Shown here piece by piece: positions 10,125 to 18,970 of a stretch of 64,000 bases of DNA. The position numbers were made by a program, and so were the translations under genes. Position 1 is the stretch's first letter. Each line of letters opens with the position of its first letter. The DNA comes from a virus: the IMG/VR virus record IMGVR_UViG_3300032323_000739, positions 25,020-89,019 of that record; one strand, given 5' to 3'. Below the pieces are notes generated by a model. It ran no database searches and was not told the DNA's origin. It saw nothing but the letters and a program-made list of their open reading frames with translations.

Positions 10125-11536
10125 TCACTAGCAAGTTAGAATATTGGCCTAAGATTAAAGATCAACTAGATCAAGTAGGACCTGGATTTTGTTTGGCAAA
10201 ATGGAATCAAGTAACAATTCATCTAGCCACAGGTCATACACATAGTTGTCATCATCCTAACACACATAAGATTCCTCTGCAAGAAATTGCCGCGGACCCT
10301 AGTGCATTACATAATACTCTATTCAAGAAACAACAACGCCAACGTATGTTAGACGGTGAACGTCCAGAAGAATGTAGTTATTGCTGGAATGTTGAGGATA
10401 ATGTTAAAGAAGCACATATATTCAGTGACCGTGTACAAAAAAGTGCAGAATCTTGGAGTCAGAATTTTGAAGAAGTGCTGGCTGCTGGCGCAGAAAATTT
10501 TAATCCTACCTATGTTGAAGTTAGTTTTAGTAATGTTTGCAATTTTAAATGTTCGTATTGTTCACCAGAAGTATCTAGCAAATGGATGGAGGAGATAGAA
10601 CAATATGGGGCTTATCCAACTAGCAACAAATTTAATAATATCGAATGGTTAAAAAGCATTGACAAAATGCCTATACCTAACAAAGACTATAATCCTTATG
10701 TTAATGCGTTTTGGCACTGGTGGCCCGAGTTATATAAGACTCTAAAAGTGTTCCGTATTACTGGCGGCGAACCTTTATTAAGCAAAGATACGTTTAAAGT
10801 TTTAGATCATATCATAGAAAACCCTCGTCCTGAACTTGAACTAATGATTAACAGTAATCTCTGCATACCGGATGAATTGTTTAATAAGTTTGTAGAAAAG
10901 ATGAAACGTATTCAAGGCGAAGGCATGATCAAAGACTTTACCTTGTTTACTAGTTGCGAAGCACACGGCGAGCGAGCAGAATATATTCGCAACGGTTTAA
11001 ATTATAACAAATGGTTAGATAATTGTTATACGTACTTGGACAAAGTACCAAATGGTCGTTTAGGTATAATGAGCACCTATAATATTTTAAGTGTTACAAG
11101 TTACATGCCATTTATGAAAGACTTGTTAACACTAAACAAAACCTTTAATCATTATAAGGATAGAGTACATCCATTAATTTTTGATATTCCATACTTACGT
11201 TATCCAGAACATCTTAGTATGACTATCCTTACACCTGATTATCTTAAACAAGTCGAAGAACAAGTAACGTTTATGTATCAGAACCGTCAAACAGCAGATT
11301 GGCAACCTCTTGCTGGCAACGGTTTTTATGATTGGGAATGTAAAAAGTTAGAACGTGTTTATCATTTGCTAGAAAGCACTTTCAAAGTTGGCGAGCATCT
11401 ACAACCAAGCACTGTAAATAAACGCAAAGATTTTGTACGTTTTGTTGACGAGCATGACCGTCGTCGTGGTACAAATTTCTTACAAACCTTTCCAGAAATG
11501 GAAGAGTTCTACAACCTATGCAAGTCTTTAACATGA
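10121..11536 (+). CDS. Radical SAM protein with N-terminal Cys-rich twitch-like domain
   Basis: CNFKCSYC; ITGGEP; N-terminal FCLAKW...HSCHH...CSYC. Confidence 0.9.
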   Translation: MITSKLEYWPKIKDQLDQVGPGFCLAKWNQVTIHLATGHTHSCHHPNTHKIPLQEIAADPSALHNTLFKKQQRQRMLDGERPEECSYCWNVEDNVKEAHIFSDRVQKSAESWSQNFEEVLAAGAENFNPTYVEVSFSNVCNFKCSYCSPEVSSKWMEEIEQYGAYPTSNKFNNIEWLKSIDKMPIPNKDYNPYVNAFWHWWPELYKTLKVFRITGGEPLLSKDTFKVLDHIIENPRPELELMINSNLCIPDELFNKFVEKMKRIQGEGMIKDFTLFTSCEAHGERAEYIRNGLNYNKWLDNCYTYLDKVPNGRLGIMSTYNILSVTSYMPFMKDLLTLNKTFNHYKDRVHPLIFDIPYLRYPEHLSMTILTPDYLKQVEEQVTFMYQNRQTADWQPLAGNGFYDWECKKLERVYHLLESTFKVGEHLQPSTVNKRKDFVRFVDEHDRRRGTNFLQTFPEMEEFYNLCKSLT

Positions 11537-11964
11537 AATATATTAGTCATAGAGGAAATTTAAAAGGTCCTGAACCTGAATTAGAAAATGAGCCAGGGTA
11601 CATTCAGGACGCTTTAGATGCTGGATTTGATGTAGAAGTTGATGTTTGGTATGTAGATGAAAAATTTATGCTAGGGCATGACGCACCTATATATGATGTA
11701 ACCAAAAACTTTTTATTAGATAGTAGACTTTGGTGTCATGCTAAAACTCCCGAAGCATTAACAGCCATGTTAACAGCCGGAATTCATTGCTTTTGGCATG
11801 AAAATGATGAAAGAACTTTAACTAGTCAGGGATTTATATGGACATATCCACACAAAAAATTAGTTGATCGTTCAGTAGTTGTAATTTTAGACAAGGAATT
11901 AAATCATGAGTATGTCTCACGAGCAGTTGCAGTCTGCGGTGACTACGTTCAATCCTGGCGCTAA
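11533..11964 (+). CDS. Short PLC-like/GDPD-family phosphodiesterase
   Basis: ISHRGN...EN...GFDVEVDVW...LGHD...WCHAK. Confidence 0.7.
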   Translation: MKYISHRGNLKGPEPELENEPGYIQDALDAGFDVEVDVWYVDEKFMLGHDAPIYDVTKNFLLDSRLWCHAKTPEALTAMLTAGIHCFWHENDERTLTSQGFIWTYPHKKLVDRSVVVILDKELNHEYVSRAVAVCGDYVQSWR

Positions 11965-12715
11965 TAAAATTGCTATCTGTTTTAGTGGACAAATTCGCAC
12001 ATGGCGTCGATGCATAGACACATGGATTCATCTTTTAGAACATAATGGTTCTAGAGATAACATAGATGTTTTTTGTCATTTTTGGGATTTTAATACGGTA
12101 CCAAACTCTGTGCCAGATCATCCTAAAGTATCTGCCAAGGTGGATACTGAAGAAATAAAAGAACTAATAGACATTTTAAAACCTAAAAAATATATAATTG
12201 ATTTTGCGCGAGAGTTCCCACTGTTTGATAAAAATCAAGCAATTACACACGGACCGTTTGTTAGTCAATTTTACGGAATCATGAAAGCGGCAAATTTAAA
12301 ACGTCAGTATGAGATTGAAAATCGCATGATGTATAAAGGTGTAGTACGTGCAAGGTATGACGCATACTATACTCACAATGTAACTGAGTTTTATAAAAAT
12401 ATTGCTCCTAATACTATGCACGGGTTTCATATGGGATGGAATCCTGATAACTTTAGAGGGCGTATGGGAGATATTTTTTGGATTGCAGACAGTGACACTT
12501 ATGATCTTATAGCAGACTACTATATCAATCTAGGCTACATGAATAAGAAATGGTTCACTGCTGATCAAACAGATGCCACTCCGGAATGGGTATTTTTTCA
12601 TTACATTAAAAAGAATAATATCGATATACAAAATAATCATTGGGATATTAAACTAATGAGAGAAAACGCAGAACTTAGTTTTGCCAAGAAGGAGGGCGGC
12701 TTTGAAGTCTGGTAA
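11906..12715 (+). CDS. Putative glycan-modifying protein (glycosyltransferase-like)
   Basis: KIAICFSGQIRT...DVFCHFW...VVRARYD, a pattern typical of polysaccharide loci; paralog of the next gene. Confidence 0.5.
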   Translation: MSMSHEQLQSAVTTFNPGANKIAICFSGQIRTWRRCIDTWIHLLEHNGSRDNIDVFCHFWDFNTVPNSVPDHPKVSAKVDTEEIKELIDILKPKKYIIDFAREFPLFDKNQAITHGPFVSQFYGIMKAANLKRQYEIENRMMYKGVVRARYDAYYTHNVTEFYKNIAPNTMHGFHMGWNPDNFRGRMGDIFWIADSDTYDLIADYYINLGYMNKKWFTADQTDATPEWVFFHYIKKNNIDIQNNHWDIKLMRENAELSFAKKEGGFEVW

Positions 12716-13436
12716 GATTGCTATCTGTATTAGCGGAATGCTACGAACAGGAATTCAAGCGTATCCTGTGTTTCGTAATTTTTTTGATTCTCTTGGCGAG
12801 TATGATATTTTTTATCATACCTGGAAGTTAGACTCATCAATATCTAATTTGTTAAAAACAACTTACAAACCTACAAGATTTTTAGAAGAAGATCCGCTTA
12901 ATAATACTAAAGAAAGTTCGTTTGGTAGTATGTTATACAGTATAATGATGGCCAATGAACTTAAAAAACAATATGAGATTGAAAATAATTTCAGATATGA
13001 TCTTGTAATTAAAACAAGGTTTGATCTTGTTTTTCCTAAGACTATTAAATTTCCTGTTGATGAAAATATATGGCCTAGAACAATTTATAGTGTAAACGGA
13101 AATTGTGGTATAAATCATACTGATTATGAAAATCACGGTATTAGTGATGTAATATTTTGGGGAGATAGCCAAAGTATGGACCTGGCAACTAATATTTACA
13201 GGCATTATAAGTACACTACCTTAGTTAAAGACATGTATTTGAGGGACGGCTGGAAAATGGATGTAAAAGATTACTATCTAAGTCCAGGTACTATGATTTA
13301 TCAACGCACAGTTAAACAAAATATAGCACATGTTAGATTGCCGTCTATTGGAGAAGTTCCGTGGAGGGACGATGTTGCTGAGTTAGATCCAGTTAAAGAT
13401 TACGATAAAATAAGAGAGAGATATGCAAAAGGTTAA
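12702..13436 (+). CDS. Putative glycan-modifying protein (glycosyltransferase-like)
   Basis: KIAICISGMLRT...DIFYHTW...YDLVIKTRFD; TTG start at 12702 chosen from the GGAGG SD. Confidence 0.5.
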   Translation: MKSGKIAICISGMLRTGIQAYPVFRNFFDSLGEYDIFYHTWKLDSSISNLLKTTYKPTRFLEEDPLNNTKESSFGSMLYSIMMANELKKQYEIENNFRYDLVIKTRFDLVFPKTIKFPVDENIWPRTIYSVNGNCGINHTDYENHGISDVIFWGDSQSMDLATNIYRHYKYTTLVKDMYLRDGWKMDVKDYYLSPGTMIYQRTVKQNIAHVRLPSIGEVPWRDDVAELDPVKDYDKIRERYAKG

Positions 13437-14241
13437 GACATTATTAGTAGATGGCGATAGTTGGACATACGGCAGTGAAATACGCGATCCCAAGTTGCCA
13501 GAAGAAGTAAAAGATTGGGACCCACCGAATGATGAATATCGATTACCGCGTATTTGGCCAACAAAGTTGGGAGAAATGTTAGGTGCTGACGAAGTGTTTA
13601 ACATCAGTTATCCTGCATCTAGCAATGATGGAATAGTGCGAAGAACAGTAGGATGGATTACTCAAGAATATCTAAGCAAAGGTCGCGATACTAGCGATCT
13701 ATTTGTAGTCATAGGATTTACTAGTCCAGAACGAAAAGATTTTTATTATCGTGACATTGACGACAAATATAAACACTTTTGGTACACACTTTGGCCAATG
13801 TGGAAACATCGTTATCCACAAGAGGAATTAAACAGATTTGCCGACATTTATGCTTCTTATATGTGGAACCCTGAAGAGTATACACATAGATATCTAAATC
13901 AAGTATTCTATTTGCAAACATTGTTTAATCATTACGGCATAAAACATTTATTTTTCCAAGCCTTTTATCAGCGTAATGATATGCATATACGTCAGTGGAC
14001 AGATGATCCATATAACAAACACTACAACGGACAACCAGATCAAATGGTTTGGGACATGATTGATCCTACACGATTTATGCATAAGGATGACAAGATTCAT
14101 AGTTTTCATAACTATATTTTAGATAAAGATACCAGCGAAGGAAAACGAAATAGTATTCTTAACATGCATCCTAGTGAATTAGGACATACATGGTGGGCCG
14201 AACACATTTATGAATACGGCAAAGGAAAAAAATTATGGTAA
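13423..14241 (+). CDS. SGNH/GDSL-family hydrolase or acyltransferase
   Basis: VDGDSWTYG, SSN, C-terminal HPSELGH. Confidence 0.7.
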   Translation: MQKVKTLLVDGDSWTYGSEIRDPKLPEEVKDWDPPNDEYRLPRIWPTKLGEMLGADEVFNISYPASSNDGIVRRTVGWITQEYLSKGRDTSDLFVVIGFTSPERKDFYYRDIDDKYKHFWYTLWPMWKHRYPQEELNRFADIYASYMWNPEEYTHRYLNQVFYLQTLFNHYGIKHLFFQAFYQRNDMHIRQWTDDPYNKHYNGQPDQMVWDMIDPTRFMHKDDKIHSFHNYILDKDTSEGKRNSILNMHPSELGHTWWAEHIYEYGKGKKLW

Positions 14242-15008
14242 AAGAAATTGTAGTTTGCGGGGATAGTTTTGGCTGCGGTTCGGGCATCCCCTTAGAATCT
14301 TGTTTTGAAGCATCTTTTGGTGGACAAGTCGCAGATCATTTTAATGTTCCTTTGAATGTGTATGCTAGATCGGGGTGTTGTAATTATGTGATATATCTGC
14401 AAGTTAAACAAGTAATTGAGGATTATCGTGCTAAAGAAAAACCATTTGTGTTAATATCAACAACTAATCACAGTCGATTTACATTTCCTGTTGATACAAC
14501 TTTAGGATATGTTAACTATACATTGGCTGATGTTGACTACGATAGTTATACTCCTTATTCTGAACATACAGGCCCAGGTCGTAGACCCAAGCCTATAGAA
14601 AATTTTAATAAACCTAAATTAATTAGTGAAACTGTTAGTAACATTTTATATTTTTTAGAACAAAATCCTGGAAATTTAGCACCGTTGTTTTACAGTATTA
14701 AAAGAAAAATAAAAACTGTTGAGCTTTATTTTAGAGATTTGTACGATGACGAAATTAAACAAGTTAATGATACTGGTTTAATATTATTAATGCACAACGA
14801 ATTAAAAGAGGCCGGAATTCCGCATTTAATAATGACACCTAGTGAACACAGAGATCGTTTTATAGATAAAGAAAATTTCTTTTATAATAATTGGGGATAC
14901 TATAGTCAAAAATATCCAGACTTGTACGGTAGCGGACATTGCACTGAAGTCGGTCACATGGAAGTAGCCAAAAAAATAATTAAACGAATAGAAGGAACGA
15001 GTTTGTGA
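14235..15008 (+). CDS. SGNH/GDSL-family protein
   Basis: CGDSFG, GCCN, GHCTEVGH. Confidence 0.65.
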   Translation: MVKEIVVCGDSFGCGSGIPLESCFEASFGGQVADHFNVPLNVYARSGCCNYVIYLQVKQVIEDYRAKEKPFVLISTTNHSRFTFPVDTTLGYVNYTLADVDYDSYTPYSEHTGPGRRPKPIENFNKPKLISETVSNILYFLEQNPGNLAPLFYSIKRKIKTVELYFRDLYDDEIKQVNDTGLILLMHNELKEAGIPHLIMTPSEHRDRFIDKENFFYNNWGYYSQKYPDLYGSGHCTEVGHMEVAKKIIKRIEGTSL

Positions 15009-15691
15009 AATTAGTGTATGCTAACGGTGATAGTTGGACGCATGGTGACGAATTATCTGCGTTCGATGACATAGATCAAACTTCTGTTCGATATTATAAT
15101 TCTTGGCCGTGGAAATTATCTCAAATTTTAGACATTCCGGTATGTGTTAATGATGCACAAGGTGGCACAGGTAATTTACGTATTTTTCGTAGAACTAACG
15201 AATTTATATATAGATGGATTGGTTCAGGAAAATCTGTCAGTGATTTATTAGTAGTAGTAGGATGGTCTACGCCCGAGCGTACAGAAATTGGTGAAGGAAA
15301 AGGAATATATCCAATACAGATTCAGGGTCCTTTGTATTTTACAGATTTACCACGTGATGATGTTTCTTTAGAAAACTATCATAAAGCATATTACGAAATA
15401 TATTCAGACAGTTACGGAGAAAACTTAACAGCACTATATATGATGAATTTAAGAATGTTGTGCCAGGGATTAGGAATAAAATATTTTGATTTTGTTGCTA
15501 TAGGTAATCAACCTCAGCATTGGCAAGACTATATGAAATCAAAGTGGAATATAGAATTAACAAATATGTATATGAAAAGTACCTGGAGTGCTGAAGTTTA
15601 TAATAATAAATGGAGTAAACATAAGCACGGACATCCTACTAAAGAAACTCATGAACTATGGGCTAACATTTTAGCCAAGGAAATACAATGA
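15005..15691 (+). CDS. SGNH/GDSL-family protein
   Basis: NGDSWTHG, GTGN, GHPTKETH; GTG start. Confidence 0.65.
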   Translation: MKLVYANGDSWTHGDELSAFDDIDQTSVRYYNSWPWKLSQILDIPVCVNDAQGGTGNLRIFRRTNEFIYRWIGSGKSVSDLLVVVGWSTPERTEIGEGKGIYPIQIQGPLYFTDLPRDDVSLENYHKAYYEIYSDSYGENLTALYMMNLRMLCQGLGIKYFDFVAIGNQPQHWQDYMKSKWNIELTNMYMKSTWSAEVYNNKWSKHKHGHPTKETHELWANILAKEIQ

Positions 15692-16410
15692 ACATAATAA
15701 TTGGACTATGCGGCCAAGGAAACCGATTTAAACAAGTAGGTTACGAATTGCCTAAATATCTTATTACGTATCATGGAGCACCAATGATTTATCATAGTGT
15801 AGAAACTATAGGTATTAGAGGTAGAATACATTTTGTAGTAAGGAAAGAACATTTAGAACAATTTAATTTTTTAGAAAAAATGTTGTTAGGGTTAGGAGAC
15901 GAAATCATAACCATAAATGGTAACACACAAGGTGCCGCAGAAAGTTTATTATATACTAAGCCTTATATCAAAGATTTAAATGCTCCTATGCTTAGTGTAA
16001 ATGGTGACCAATTTATGGATTGGAAATCTTATCAATTTCAAGATGAAATACAACGGAATCCTGAAACAAGTTATATTGTAACTTACAACGAAACTAGCCC
16101 TAAATGCAGTTATGTTCGAGAGGATCAAGATCGTGTTGTTGAAGTAAGAGAGAAACAAGTTATTAGTAACGACGCAACTACGGGGTATTATCATTGGGCT
16201 CACACACATGATTTTTTTCAAGATGCTGAACAAATGATTAAAGAAGGACACAAAGAAAACGGAGAGTTTTATGTTGCTCCAGTTTATAATTATACTATTG
16301 CTAGAGGAAAAACAGTAAAAAAGTTTTCTATAAGTAATAAAGAGTTTTATCCAGTAGGCACTCCCGACGATTTAACAAAATTTCAAAGACTAAGCACAAG
16401 GTTTGATTAA
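15688..16410 (+). CDS. Sugar-phosphate nucleotidyltransferase (NTP_transferase family)
   Basis: GLCGQGNRF...LPKYL, TQGAAES, VNGDQ, EVREK, NGEFYVAP, VGTPDDL. Confidence 0.85.
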   Translation: MNIIIGLCGQGNRFKQVGYELPKYLITYHGAPMIYHSVETIGIRGRIHFVVRKEHLEQFNFLEKMLLGLGDEIITINGNTQGAAESLLYTKPYIKDLNAPMLSVNGDQFMDWKSYQFQDEIQRNPETSYIVTYNETSPKCSYVREDQDRVVEVREKQVISNDATTGYYHWAHTHDFFQDAEQMIKEGHKENGEFYVAPVYNYTIARGKTVKKFSISNKEFYPVGTPDDLTKFQRLSTRFD

Positions 16411-16745
16411 TGAAAAAAGCACACATTGATAACTTTATTAAAGGATGGTTCGTTGGAAATTTTGAACCTAGCCTACTTAAAGAAAATTTTGAAGTTGGTT
16501 TCCATCAGCACAAAGCAGGCGATTTTCATCAAGATCATTTTCATAAACACAGTACTGAAATTAACTTAGTAGTAGAGGGCAAAGTCAAAATAAACGGAGA
16601 AGTATTTAGGGCAGGTGACATCTTTGTTTTGGAGCCTTACGAAATTAGCCAATGCGAATATCTTACAGATGTTAAATTAGTTGTAGTACGGAATCTAAGC
16701 GACCCTAATGATAAGTTTGAAGTCCAAATAGTTGACAAAAAATAA
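16410..16745 (+). CDS. Small cupin protein (possible isomerase/epimerase)
   Basis: HQDHFHKHSTEINLVVEG...GDIFVLEP cupin motifs. Confidence 0.7.
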   Translation: MKKAHIDNFIKGWFVGNFEPSLLKENFEVGFHQHKAGDFHQDHFHKHSTEINLVVEGKVKINGEVFRAGDIFVLEPYEISQCEYLTDVKLVVVRNLSDPNDKFEVQIVDKK

Positions 16746-16760
16746 AAAATACTTTACAAT
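16732..16760 (+). promoter_or_regulatory. sigma70-type promoter for the RLP-kinase-cyclase-SDR unit
   Basis: TTGACA (16732-16737), 17 nt spacer, TACAAT (16755-16760); AAGGA SD; ATG at 16777. Confidence 0.75.
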
Positions 16761-16776
16761 AACAGAAAGGAAAAGT

Positions 16777-18009
16777 ATGAAATTTTTTCGAGAACTAACT
16801 CAAACAGAAAAAGATCGTTGTGTTATTGCAACATATTATATTGAAACGTATTCTGACATAGGAGATTTACGCGATGCCGCTTGGAATCTTGCTATAGGTC
16901 AAAGTGTTGGAAATCCAAAAATACGAAATCAGTGGGAAACTGATGAATTGTTTGAAAGGTCATCCTGTGTGATTTATCACAATGAATCAGAATTAACAGG
17001 CAAGCATAGTGGCACAATTAAGATTGGATTTCCTAAAATAAACTCCGATTGGCAAGGGGATGGCATCAGTCATCTTATGTGTCAATTAATGGGCGGCCAG
17101 ATGGATATTAATGTGTTTAAAGCCTGCAGATTAAAACACATTGAGTTTCCTAAAGATGTCGAACAGCAATTTTTAGGACCTCGACAAGGTATTACGGGTA
17201 TTAGAAAATTTGTTAATCGCTATGACAAACCTCTGTCAGGAGCCATTGTAAAACCTAAAACTGGCATTAGTCCTGCTACTCTAGCAGACATGGTTAAAGA
17301 ATTAATAGACGGCGGTGTAGATTTTATCAAGGAAGACGAGATATTGTCTAACCCTAGTTTTTGTCGTTTAGAGGATCGTGTTGAATTAATTTCTAACATT
17401 GTTAATAATTGCGGTCGTGGAGTTATCTATTGCTTCTGTATTAATGGCGATCATCATACTATTCTTGACCGTGCTAAGTTTGTAGCCAACAATGGCGGTA
17501 ACGGTATTCACATTAATTTCTGGAGCGGTCTAGGAGTTTATAATTCAATACGCAGATTAGATTTTCCATTGTTTATTCATTACCAGAAGAGTGGTGATAA
17601 GATTCTTACAGACAAACGCAACCCGTTTGGTATTGATTGGTCAGTACTGTGTGACCTTGCTGGACTATGCGGTGTAGATACTATTCATGCGGGCATGTGG
17701 GGAGGCTATTTAAGTGACAACGAAGATGAACTTAAATACACCATGGAAACTCTGCATAAACGAAATGTTCTTCCTGCACTAAGTTGTGGCATGCATCCTG
17801 GGATTGTTAATCCAACAGCAGAAAAATTTGGTACTGATTTTCTTGCTAACTGCGGCGGCGCTATACACGGGCACCCAGACGGTACTCTAGCCGGAGCATT
17901 AGCCATGCGTCAGGCCATTGACAAAACTCCTGGAAAAGAGTTTTTGACAGCAATAGAAAAATGGGGCTATGTAGGCGGTTCCTTACCCGAGTGGGTATTA
18001 GATTTTTAA
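16777..18009 (+). CDS. RuBisCO-like protein (form IV, RLP)
   Basis: IVKPKTG, GVDFIKEDE, DTIHAG, LSCGMHPG, GGAIHGHPDG; lacks several carboxylase residues. Confidence 0.9.
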   Translation: MKFFRELTQTEKDRCVIATYYIETYSDIGDLRDAAWNLAIGQSVGNPKIRNQWETDELFERSSCVIYHNESELTGKHSGTIKIGFPKINSDWQGDGISHLMCQLMGGQMDINVFKACRLKHIEFPKDVEQQFLGPRQGITGIRKFVNRYDKPLSGAIVKPKTGISPATLADMVKELIDGGVDFIKEDEILSNPSFCRLEDRVELISNIVNNCGRGVIYCFCINGDHHTILDRAKFVANNGGNGIHINFWSGLGVYNSIRRLDFPLFIHYQKSGDKILTDKRNPFGIDWSVLCDLAGLCGVDTIHAGMWGGYLSDNEDELKYTMETLHKRNVLPALSCGMHPGIVNPTAEKFGTDFLANCGGAIHGHPDGTLAGALAMRQAIDKTPGKEFLTAIEKWGYVGGSLPEWVLDF

Positions 18010-18010
18010 T

Positions 18011-18970
18011 ATGGATATAATTGAACTAAAAGGCGGTAGTTTAAATTCAACTTGTTTATATGTTGACGGTGATCGCAAATTTGTAAGAAAAACTATTTCG
18101 ACTACTGCCGATAGAGAATACGGCTATGTACGTTGGTACAGTCAATTAAAAAAATTACAAAGATTTAATCAGATAATTCCCCAGCACGTTCCTCGAGTTC
18201 TGGATGCTGGTGTGTGTGATAAAGGTGCATATTTTGACATTGAATATATTGATGCTAAAGATATTAAAACACTGTTTAAAGAAAATTTACTAGATGCCCA
18301 CCAGACTGAAAAAATGCATCAACAGTTGTGGCAAGCGTTTGATACTTTACATCAACACACTTATCAACCAAACATTAGTAGTTTAAAACTTTATTTTCAG
18401 GAAGAAGTTTTACAAAAAATTAATGATGCTAGACAGTTTTCAGAGTTTGAAAACTTTTATCAAATGGATGTCTATGTACATTGGGGAGAAACATTTAGTG
18501 GTATTAAACATAAATTAGAACAATTATCTAAGTTGTTTGATCAAGTTATAACTACAGAAAGTTACGTACACGGAAATCCAACGCTAGAAAATATTCTTTA
18601 CAGCGAAGAAACAGGTATAGTGTTTATTGACTTATATGAAGAAGGTATTGTAGACAGCAAGTTTATGGACTATAGTCAGATACTACAATGTAGTAGCAGT
18701 TACTACGGTATTCTTAATGACAGTGTGATACGTGTAAAAGGAAACGTTACAGGATTCGACACTAAGTTTCCAAAAAATTTATTGTACTTCGATAAACTGT
18801 TTAATGAAGAATTAGAGCGTAGATTTACAAATCAGGAATATTTGTTGATAAGATTATTTGAAGCCACACAGTTTTTTCGTATGTTGCCGTTTAAATGTCA
18901 CGCTGGAAACATAGAAGCGGCAAAGTTTTTTTATGCTCATGCTTGCGCTCTCGTAAATAAACTATTATGA
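18011..18970 (+). CDS. APH/choline-kinase-like phosphotransferase
   Basis: LKGGSL, VRK, HGNPTLENIL, VFIDL. Confidence 0.65.
   Translation: MDIIELKGGSLNSTCLYVDGDRKFVRKTISTTADREYGYVRWYSQLKKLQRFNQIIPQHVPRVLDAGVCDKGAYFDIEYIDAKDIKTLFKENLLDAHQTEKMHQQLWQAFDTLHQHTYQPNISSLKLYFQEEVLQKINDARQFSEFENFYQMDVYVHWGETFSGIKHKLEQLSKLFDQVITTESYVHGNPTLENILYSEETGIVFIDLYEEGIVDSKFMDYSQILQCSSSYYGILNDSVIRVKGNVTGFDTKFPKNLLYFDKLFNEELERRFTNQEYLLIRLFEATQFFRMLPFKCHAGNIEAAKFFYAHACALVNKLL

Noticed and set aside
16732-16776. TTG start of the RLP ORF given in the ORF track
   Set aside because: That TTG is the -35 box of a promoter; the ATG at 16777 has an SD.
16777-18009. Bona fide RuBisCO / phage carbon fixation
   Set aside because: Lacks equivalents of K334, H294, N123 and E60; no small subunit or phosphoribulokinase in the window.
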